A DNA stretch of 64,000 nt. Origin: an uncultured Chloroflexia bacterium. GTDB lineage: Bacteria > Chloroflexota > Anaerolineae > B4-G1 > SLSP01. The stretch lies in the NCBI GenBank assembly GCA_963751345.1, contig CAVVUS010000021.1, forward strand, positions 32,001 to 96,000. The letters are read 5' to 3'. Of the stretch, positions 56,007 to 64,000 are shown one piece after another (the first letter of the stretch is position 1; each line of letters opens with the position of its first letter). Position numbers and translations under genes: made by a program. The notes under the pieces were generated by a model, which ran no database searches, had not been told where the DNA came from, and saw only the letters and a list, made by a program, of their open reading frames with translations.

Positions 56007-57457
56007 ATCGATCCACCTTACATTGGACAATCTTGACGAGATCCTGGCGGGCAAGCTCGACCCGGAGCAGACCGCGCGGGTGAAGACGCTCTTCCTCAAG
56101 CGCCTGTCCGAGCAGGCACACCGCCTCTACCGTGGCAAGATGCAGACGGTGCCCAAGGCCGGGGTCTTCGGCTTCAACTGGTTCAACGTCTGGTACACGC
56201 CGGGCGTCTCCGCGATCTCGACGGCGATCCGCGACGACAACGATAGCTCCTACGAGCTCTCAAATCGCGGCAACCTCGTCGCCATCGTCAGCGACTCGAC
56301 CCGCGTCCTGGGCGACGGCGACGTGACGCCGCCCGGTGGCCTCGGCGTGATGGAGGGCAAGGCCTTCCTGATGAAGATCCTGGGTGGCATCGACGCGACC
56401 GCGCTGTGCATCGACAGCCGCGACGCGACCGGCGCGCACTCCGCCGACAAGATCATCGACTTCGTGCGGATGGTCCAGCCCAGCTTCGGGGCCATCAACC
56501 TGGAGGACATCTCGCAGCCCAACTGCTTCAAGGTGCTCGACACGCTGCGCGAGACGTGCGACATCCCCGTCTGGCACGACGACGCCCAGGGCACAGCCTC
56601 TGTGACGCTCGCCGGACTGATCAACGCGCTGAAGTTGGTGGACAAGCCGATGTCCGAGGCGAAGATGGTCTTCCTGGGCGCGGGCGCGTCGAATACGACG
56701 ATCGTCCGGATCATCATCGCCGCCGGGGGAAATCCCGAGCGGATGGTCGTCTTCGACTCCAAGGGCGGGCTCCACACAGGACGGGCCGACATCGAGGCCG
56801 ATCCCCGCTTCTACCGCAAGTGGGAGCTATGCCAACAGACCAACCCCGGTCACATCGACGACTTCGACACGGCGATGACCGGCGCCGACGTCCTCATCGC
56901 TGCCTCCCGGCCCGGCCCGGGCATCGTGAGCCCGGCGTCGGTGAGCCTGATGGCGCCGAAGTCCATCGTCTTCGCCTGCGCCAACCCCGTGCCCGAGATC
57001 TATCCCTACGAGGCGAAGGAAGCCGGTGCCACCATCGTCGCCACGGGTCGCGGCGACTTCCCGAATCAGGTGAACAACTCGGTGGGCTTCCCCGGCATTC
57101 TCAAGGGTGCGCTCCTGGCACGTGCGCGCGCCGTCTCCGATGGCATGGCGATTGCCGCCGCCAGATCGCTGGCCGGTTTTGCCGAACGGCGCGGGCATCG
57201 ACCCCGAGAACATCATCGCACGGATGGACGAACCGGACGTCTTCCCGACCGAAGCCGCCGACGTGGCGATGCAGGCGGTGAAGGAAGGGCTCGCGCGGAT
57301 CAAGATCACCCACGACGAAGCCTTCGCCCAAGCCGAGGCGGATATCGCGTCGGCCCGCAAGACCGTTGACACGCTGATCGCGGAGGGCCTGATCGCGCAG
57401 CCACCCCAGTCCATGCTGCAGGACGCGCTCGACTGGGCGCTCGCGCAGGTCGAGTAG
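55999..57457 (+). CDS. NAD(P)-dependent malic enzyme, frameshift near 57214
   Basis: YTPGV, VMEGKA, INLEDI, WHDDAQGT, GAGA, ANPVPEI, PNQVNN..GFPGI. Confidence 0.92.
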
Positions 57458-57476
57458 CTGCATATCGGGAGGCACC

Positions 57477-58824
57477 GTGGTCCATATCACCGTGAGGCCG
57501 CAGGAGCAACTCGGTCCGCTGGAACTCTGGCGTCACACGATCGGGCACGGCGGCATCAACCCGTTGCCGCTGCCCGATCGTGTAGTCCGCGGGACGGCAG
57601 CGCTTGAGCCGCGGTTGGTTCGCATCTTCATCCAGGAGTTCTTCCAGGTCTACCCGGATCACGGTCGATTCGACTGGTCGCGCCTCGATCCCTACATGGA
57701 TGCTCTAGCACGAACCGGAGCGCACGTCGTCGCGGCCATCACGATCAAGCCGCCTCCTCTCTACCCTACGATAGACCACAACCTTTGGCGGCCCACAGAC
57801 GTAGGCGAATGGCAAGCGGTCATTCGCGCGCTGGTGCAGCGCTACTCGGTCGAGAAACCGATCGTGACCCATTGGGAGATCGGGAACGAGCCCGATATTG
57901 GAGAGGCCGGTGGCTCGCCCTATCGGATACAAGATCCGGCGGCCTATGCCGAATACTACGAGTATCACGGCGCGCGCGGTGCTCGAAGCCTTTCCGCAAG
58001 CCAAAGTGGGCGGCCCGGCGATGGCGGAGATGCACGCTGAACCTTTGCTCGGGCTGCTCAGACACTGTGCACGAACCGGCACACGGCTCGACTTTCTGAG
58101 CTGGCATCTCTATCACAGCGACCCGGGACGCCACGGGTATCTCACGCGCGTTGCGCGCATGCTGGCGAAAGAAGCAGGGCTGCATCCCGAGCTGATGGTG
58201 ACCGAATGGAGTTGCGACTTTCCTCCGGTCAGCGTCGAGGACGATGCCTACGTCCCGCGGCGAGCGGCGCTCGTCGCCGCGGCGATCATCGAGATGCGCG
58301 CCGCGGGCCTCGACCGGTCGTTCTACTACCACCTCTGGGACCAGGTCTGTGACCCCGGCGATTTCGCGCCATTCTTCTCGGAGCGCGGTGTTGCAGCGAT
58401 GGTCCGGCACTGGAATGAGATCCCCCACCGCTTCGGCCTCTTCGGCGTCAACGGTGACGTGAGACCGCAGTATTTCGTCTTCAAGATGCTCTCGCGCCTC
58501 GGCGACGAAGCCATCGCGGTCCACTCGGACAACCGCAACATCCGCGCCATCGCCGGTACCGGGCCCCAAGGGGTGTCGCTCGTGATGGTCAATCACGGAC
58601 TCGACGTGAACCAGGACGAGGTCGCGACGCTGGAGGTCTCCGGCCTGGCACCCGGACCTCGACGATTGACGGTCCGCCGCATTGACGAGGAGCGACGCTG
58701 GAACGCCCTTGATCTTGAGCTGATACCGGTGGAGCAGCGCGACACCTACGTCTTGAGTGACTACGAATGCCAGGTCTTGCTGCCGGCCAACAGCGTGACG
58801 ATGGTCACGCTATCGCCTCTGTAG
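57477..58824 (+). CDS. GH39-like glycoside hydrolase, frameshift near 57963
   Basis: WEIGNEPD (acid/base), DFLSWH, LMVTEW (nucleophile). Confidence 0.8.
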
Positions 58825-58843
58825 CGAAATCGAGGGGGACGCG

Positions 58844-59477
58844 ATGCGTGATCTGATTATCCTTGGCGCGGGACCCCACGCGCAGGAGATGACGGATATT
58901 GTCCGCCAGATTAACGAGCGGGAGCCTACCTGGCGCCTGCTGGGGTTCCTCGTGCCTGACGCACAAGCCGACCAGGTGGGGCAGCCGACGGGCAGCGGCT
59001 ATGAGGTGCTCGGATACCTACGCAGCGCTGGCGGGGTACGGTGGCGCGTCCTTTGCCATGGAATATGGCTGCGGTCAACCCGATATCCCCCGCGAACGAA
59101 TCATCTCACTGATAGCGCCCACAGCATTCGTGGCGCACACGGCGACCATCGGCGCAGGATGTGTGATCTACCCCGGCTGCTTCGTGGGACACAATGCCGT
59201 GTTGGGCGACCGAGTCTTTGCCCTGAGCGGGGCCGTCATCAACCACGACAACCTTCTCGAGGACGATGTCACGGTCTGCACCAACGTGAGCCTCGCCGGC
59301 TTCGTCCACGTGGAGTCGGGATGCTACCTCGGTCAGGCGTGCAACATCCGCCAATACCTCCGGATCGGTAAGGGCAGCCTCATCGGGATGGGAAGTGTGG
59401 TACTGCACGACGTTCCGCCGAACAGCGTGATGGTAGGCAATCCGGCACGGCGCCTGCGGGCGAGAGAGAGCAAGTGA
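58844..59477 (+). CDS. NeuD/PglD-like hexapeptide-repeat sugar acetyltransferase, frameshift near 59015
   Basis: ILGAG.HA, hexapeptide repeats, INHD, VMVGNPAR. Confidence 0.85.
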
Positions 59478-59527
59478 ATGACCCGCTGCGTGGGGAAGCG
59501 TCCAAGCTGATGGCTCGGTACGCACGA

Positions 59528-59571
59528 AGAGAGGCGCTGATCGAAGGATTCCCCTATACCAGCGCCTCTCT
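59528..59571. terminator. Hairpin between convergent units
   Basis: AGAGAGGCGCTG-N20-CAGCGCCTCTCT. Confidence 0.6.
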
Positions 59572-59641
59572 GATGCAAATTCTGTTTATATCAGCCTACG
59601 CTTAGCATCGAGCCTCACGGGAGCCGACGTACGGCGACCTC

Positions 59642-59833
59642 CTAGAGAGCGTACGCGCACTCGCGTGAACTGAGCGATCCCTCAGGCAAGAACGAACGGA
59701 TCGTGCAACTCACACTGTCAAGTACGTCTGCTAAGGGACGCCGCGAAATCGCAAGCCTGATTGGCTCTCGCTTACCCGCAAACGATCGTGCCCACCGTTG
59801 TTGCGACTCGCGTGCACACTGAAGCATATCCAT
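59642..59833 (-). CDS. Putative 63-aa orphan protein
   Basis: AAAGGAG 7 nt before ATG; consensus-like promoter upstream and hairpin downstream; no family recognised. Confidence 0.45.
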   Translation of the reverse strand: MDMLQCARESQQRWARSFAGKREPIRLAISRRPLADVLDSVSCTIRSFLPEGSLSSRECAYAL

Positions 59834-59899
59834 GGCCGACTCCTTTCCCGAAGTGGCTCCGACAACTCATAGTGGTCACGTCACGTCACTTATTTGCTA

Positions 59900-59928
59900 T
59901 TTATATCATAAATATATCGTCTTGTCAA
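59900..59928 (-). promoter_or_regulatory. Near-consensus sigma70 promoter
   Basis: TTGACA-N17-TATAAA with TGn extension in an AT-rich patch. Confidence 0.65.
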
Positions 59929-59936
59929 TGGCGCCG

Positions 59937-60317
59937 TCACGCCATACTCCGCCGCGGGCCTCGGAAGAGGGCCACCGCGTACACGACCAGAAGCCCGCTG
60001 CGTAACACTACGGTCCCCCATCCCATCAGACTTACCACCCCTGTGAGCTGGGCAATCCAGACAAGGACGACGCTGACGAGATAGTAGGCGAACATCGTGA
60101 TGACTGTGGTTCGGTGCACGGCTGGGTCAGAACTCGACCGGGCGGCCCACAGAAGCACGACGAGCGCAAACAGTGCTGATCCAAACAGTCTGGTCAACAG
60201 AACACCAAAAGGATCCAGCATTTCGCCAAAGAGCCCCATCATCGTAGCCGGTATGCCAACTAGCCCGATAACAAAGAAGAGCTCAATGACAAACGTAACG
60301 GTAAACAGCGTCTTCAT
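59937..60317 (-). CDS. Small 4-TM membrane protein
   Basis: GGAGG RBS; four hydrophobic helices. Confidence 0.7.
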   Translation of the reverse strand: MKTLFTVTFVIELFFVIGLVGIPATMMGLFGEMLDPFGVLLTRLFGSALFALVVLLWAARSSSDPAVHRTTVITMFAYYLVSVVLVWIAQLTGVVSLMGWGTVVLRSGLLVVYAVALFRGPRRSMA

Positions 60318-60524
60318 CGCAGCCTCCCGGACCATGCGCCCTCAACCGGCACGAGCATCCGGGTGGTGACCGGGAGGCGCGGACCCGGTGCAAGCCACCC
60401 AACCTATTATGCTCCGGAAACCAACGCCCGGAGGGACGGGGCCGGTTGGGCTTAGTTGGCTTCGGGTTGGCGGCCGCGCAGTTGGAGCCTGACAAGCGGC
60501 GACGGAGTCAGCGTTGACGCCGGA

Positions 60525-61916
60525 TCAGGGGCTCGGCTCGGCCCGCACGGCCCAGGTGTCGAACACCTGGGACCAATCGATGTATCCGTAGTAGCCGAAC
60601 CACGGCTCGCCGGGACCGGGGAGCGGGCCAATCGCGTCGACGACGCGCTCGGGTACGCCGCTTGAGAGGTCGAGCCACCAGAGAGAGGCCCGGCTTTGGG
60701 CGTCCATCCGGGCGAAGAGCAGGGCACTGCCATCGGGTGACCAAGTGGGTCGTTCGTCGCGGAAGACGGCGTCGTCGGTAAGCTGCACAGGCCCGGAGGC
60801 GTCTGGGCGGATAAGCCAGATTCGGCGCCCATCCAGCGCCTCGCGGGCTGCATCACCGCCGGTGACGTCGGGGACATCGGGCGTCGCCGCGTAGGCGAGC
60901 TGTGTGCCGTCGGGCGACCACGAGGGCGACGTGACGGCCTGCACTACCGGCGTGGAGAGCTCGACCTGGCCACTGTCAACATCCTCGACGCGAAGTACTT
61001 TGTTCGCCCAAGTGTTGCGTCCGCCCCCTTCGACAATCGCTACCAGGCCGGGCGCGCCGGCAGGTGCCGGGACCACAAAGTCCTCATGGAACAGGACGGC
61101 ATCCCCTAACACGATGGGCGCGCCACCCTCGGCGGGCAGCGCGTAGAGCGGCACGCCGTCAGCAAGCGCGGAGGCGGACACGACTTCCCCCTGCCAGAAC
61201 AGAAGATACCTCCCATCGACCGTCCAGCTTGCCGGCAGGGCCTCACCCATCTCAGGAACCCCACTGGCATAGAGCTCGGTCGTCGGCCCGCCGGTTGCAG
61301 GCACGGTCCATATCCCCTGGTCACTTGTCCCCTGCCGCCACTCGTAGGCGATCGTCTCCCCGTCCGGACGCCACGCGATCCGACCGAGCTGCCCCTCGAC
61401 CCCGAGCGACGGAGGAATCACCGCGTATTCCTGGGCGGTCGCGGGGTTGACGATCATCATACGGGGAACGCCCGAACCAATGACGTAGGCCAAGAGATCC
61501 CGGCTCGGGGCCCATGCGAACTCGTCCACCGGCCTGGCCCACGCCAGATTGTCTCCCGCGACGGTGTCAACGGTCCTCAACTCGATGTCCTCCAGGTAGG
61601 CCACGTAGCGACCCGAGGGTGACCAGAGGGGCGCCGAAGCCAGCCCGTTATTCGTGAGTCGCGTAGGCACCCCCTCGGGGAGATCCTTGACCCACAGATC
61701 GCCGTTGAGCACGTACGCCACTTTTCCTCCGCCTGCTGACTGTACCAACGGTGTGACAGTGACCGTGGGCTCCACCTGAGCTGAAGTTGGCGTAGTCGAT
61801 AGCGACGGGGACACCGATGGCTGCGGCTGGCCCGCCGAGTTGCCGGTACACGCCGTGGTAACCAGCAGCAGAACAGCCAGAGGGAAAATCACAGACGGAT
61901 GGAATCGCTTGAGCAT
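60525..61916 (-). CDS. TolB-like (PD40) beta-propeller lipoprotein
   Basis: Lipobox TTAC, Pro/Thr linker, repeated PxWSPDG motifs. Confidence 0.85.
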   Translation of the reverse strand: MLKRFHPSVIFPLAVLLLVTTACTGNSAGQPQPSVSPSLSTTPTSAQVEPTVTVTPLVQSAGGGKVAYVLNGDLWVKDLPEGVPTRLTNNGLASAPLWSPSGRYVAYLEDIELRTVDTVAGDNLAWARPVDEFAWAPSRDLLAYVIGSGVPRMMIVNPATAQEYAVIPPSLGVEGQLGRIAWRPDGETIAYEWRQGTSDQGIWTVPATGGPTTELYASGVPEMGEALPASWTVDGRYLLFWQGEVVSASALADGVPLYALPAEGGAPIVLGDAVLFHEDFVVPAPAGAPGLVAIVEGGGRNTWANKVLRVEDVDSGQVELSTPVVQAVTSPSWSPDGTQLAYAATPDVPDVTGGDAAREALDGRRIWLIRPDASGPVQLTDDAVFRDERPTWSPDGSALLFARMDAQSRASLWWLDLSSGVPERVVDAIGPLPGPGEPWFGYYGYIDWSQVFDTWAVRAEPSP

Positions 61917-62073
61917 TTCCGGTCTCCTTGGTCACAGATCTCAGGATCGATCATAGCACCGGGTAGGTCGCGGGCAATGCCGGACCGGCGAGACTGCGGC
62001 TGTTACTTGACACCGCGCCAGTCACCGGTACACTGTATGCACACGTGTGCATACGGATCAGAAAGGCGACAGT

Positions 62074-62649
62074 ATGACACGATCCGATCACGGGCTGCTG
62101 GCGGTTTTCTTCGACCTTGGTGACACCATCATGATCGAGGAGACCGAGGTCAAGGATGCGGAGGAGACGACGTTGGAGGCGGAGTTGGTCCCTGACGTGG
62201 CTGCGCTCCTGCAGGATCTCGACGCACACGGCATTCCCCTGGCCCTCGTTGCCGACAGCCGTCCCAATACGCCCCCGAACGTCCTGCGCCAGCACAATCT
62301 GCTGGATCTCTTTGCCGCCGTCGTAATCTCAGAGGTCGTCGGCGTCAGCAAGCCTGACCCGCGCATTTTCCAGGTCGCACTGGACGCCCTGTCCATTCCC
62401 GACGATGCCCACGACCGCGTCGCGATGGTGGGCAACAATCTAGAGCGAGACATCGTTGGGGCCAACCGGCTGGGATTGCTCTCGGTCTTCTTTCAGTGGA
62501 ACGAGCGCCGTCGTACAGAGCCGCAGACGTCCGACGAGATTCCCGACTTCACCGTGCACACGGTCGCAGCGCTCCGCAACGTGCTGTTCAGCCTCGATCG
62601 AATCGTGCGCCCGGCGCCCACCGATTCAAAGGATGTGTTTCCACGATGA
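62074..62649 (+). CDS. HAD-family hydrolase
   Basis: FFDLGDT, SKPDPRIF, MVGNNLERDIVGA. Confidence 0.85.
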   Translation: MTRSDHGLLAVFFDLGDTIMIEETEVKDAEETTLEAELVPDVAALLQDLDAHGIPLALVADSRPNTPPNVLRQHNLLDLFAAVVISEVVGVSKPDPRIFQVALDALSIPDDAHDRVAMVGNNLERDIVGANRLGLLSVFFQWNERRRTEPQTSDEIPDFTVHTVAALRNVLFSLDRIVRPAPTDSKDVFPR

Positions 62650-63458
62650 ATGCGCCAATCGCCGTGCCCTCCCGGCCTCATAGAATTGAGATCGTGTGTC
62701 ATAAAGGCGCCAACGCGGTAGCCCCTGAGAATACGTACGCGGCGGCCGGCCAGTGTATCGCGTGGGGTGCCGGTACGGTCGAGGTGGACGTCTGGACCAG
62801 CCGCGACGGCGAGATGGTCCTGCTCCACGACGCCACCGTGGATCGAACGACCGACGGCAAGGGCCACGCGCTTGCACTCACAGCAGATGAACTGACGCAG
62901 CTCGACGCGGGGAGTTGGTTCGACCCGGCTTTCAAGGACGAGCGGATTCCGAAGTTGTCCGACTTCCTCCGATGGATTAAGGGCAAGGCCAGGATCTTCA
63001 TCGACGTGAAGTTCGCCCATCCGCAGCAGCTCATCGACCTGCTCTACGCCACCGGGATGCAAGACAACTGCTTTCTCTGGTCGGGAAGCGACGAATTGAT
63101 GAAGCTGTTCCACGAACTGGACCCGGCGATTGCGCTCAAGATCAACGTGAGTTCCGCGGAGGACGTGATCTCGGCAGAGAAGGAGTTCGGCGCCCGAATC
63201 GTGGAGGTCTCGCTCGACGACATGAGCGAGGCGCTGGTCAAAACGTGTCACGACCGTGGTATCCAACTGATGATCTTCGAGAAGGATCCCAAGCGGTTCC
63301 CGGAGGTCATCGCGTGGCAACCGGATATGGTCAACCTGGATCACGCGGATGCGTTTATGAGACGTTGGAACGTTGCCACGTTTGAACGTTATCACGTTGG
63401 GCAATCCGACGTTGAAACGTGTCAACGTGCCAACGTTCACCGAGTGTTCTATGAATGA
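62646..63458 (+). CDS. Glycerophosphodiester phosphodiesterase
   Basis: CHKGA...PENT, VEVDV..SRDG, LHDATVDRTT, LDAGSWF; ATGA overlap with the HAD gene. Confidence 0.88.
   Translation: MNAPIAVPSRPHRIEIVCHKGANAVAPENTYAAAGQCIAWGAGTVEVDVWTSRDGEMVLLHDATVDRTTDGKGHALALTADELTQLDAGSWFDPAFKDERIPKLSDFLRWIKGKARIFIDVKFAHPQQLIDLLYATGMQDNCFLWSGSDELMKLFHELDPAIALKINVSSAEDVISAEKEFGARIVEVSLDDMSEALVKTCHDRGIQLMIFEKDPKRFPEVIAWQPDMVNLDHADAFMRRWNVATFERYHVGQSDVETCQRANVHRVFYE
63362..63440. repeat. Degenerate 8-nt ACGT-core tandem array (9 cores)
   Basis: acgttgga acgttgcc acgtttga acgttatc acgttggg(caatccg) acgttgaa acgtgtca acgtgcca acgttca. Confidence 0.85.
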
Positions 63459-64000
63459 ATCCGAGGATAGGCTAGAACGTCCCGAGCGAGTCTCAATCAA
63501 GGATATCGCCCAGGCGATGGGTATCTCGCATTCGACGGTCTCCCGCGCGCTGAACGATAGCGAGTCTGGTGAAGGAGGCGACACGCGAGCGCATCAAGGC
63601 CCTGGCGATCGATATGGGTTATATCCCCAACGCCGTGGCCCGCAGCCTCAAAGCCCAGCGCAGTGGCACCGTGGGTCTCGTGATGACCTCGTTGACCGAT
63701 CCTTTCTTCGCGGAAGTGATGGCGGGCGTCGATGAGGTGGGAGCGCAGGCAGGCCTCAGTATGTTCGTGGCGGCATCGCATAACGACCCCGAGCGCGAGA
63801 TGGAGATTGTCGAGACGTTCCATCGCCGCAGGGTGGACGGCATCATTGTCGCAGCTTCACGGCTCAGCAGCCGGTATCGAGAGCGGTTGGAGCGCATCCG
63901 CGTCCCCATTGTCGTCGTCAATCAGCACACCGACGAGAGCCCGGAGTTCCGCGCCGTGGCCTTCGATGAATACGGCGGCGCGCGTCTTGCGGTAGGCCAT
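63451..64000 (+). CDS. LacI-family transcriptional regulator (partial), frameshift near 63565
   Basis: SIKDIAQAMGISHSTVSRALN, MGYIPNAVARSL, DPFFAEV, RVDGII. Confidence 0.92.

Noticed and set aside
59570-59890. tmRNA or RNase P RNA (ORF ends in YAL)
   Set aside because: No tRNA-like termini and no GAGGAAAGUCC-type core found.

Overview
64 kb of a GC-rich bacterial chromosome, most likely Chloroflexota (Anaerolineae-like). That assignment is inferred from a secreted S8 protease ending in HLYLPIVAK, three URO-D/MtaA-family paralogues and many glycoside hydrolases. It holds about 60 densely packed, mostly minus-strand genes: sugar catabolism (GH27, GH151-like, GH31, GH39, a six-hairpin GH, a beta-amylase-like lipoprotein, uxuA, manA), a pstSCAB system with a second divergent pstB, ActP/DUF485, two histidine kinases, DNA-alkylation genes (AlkZ-like, Atl) and an MntA-HepT toxin-antitoxin pair. 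I found no rRNA, tRNA, CRISPR array or transposase. About 20 genes are broken by single-base indels, most simply read as uncorrected long-read error, so pseudogene and fusion calls are treated sceptically. Best leads: (1) a tightly coupled URO-D-family / glycyl radical enzyme / DegT aminotransferase / amidohydrolase operon downstream of two glycosidases, with no activase in view; (2) two PstB paralogues whose non-canonical motifs would fall in the same composite ATP site; (3) a diverged 173-nt tandem duplication inside the GRE; (4) an unannotated 56-aa Arg-rich ORF; (5) an orphan promoter-ORF-terminator unit; (6) an 8-nt ACGT repeat array and a hairpin cluster. Family calls come from motif recognition only; no searches were run.
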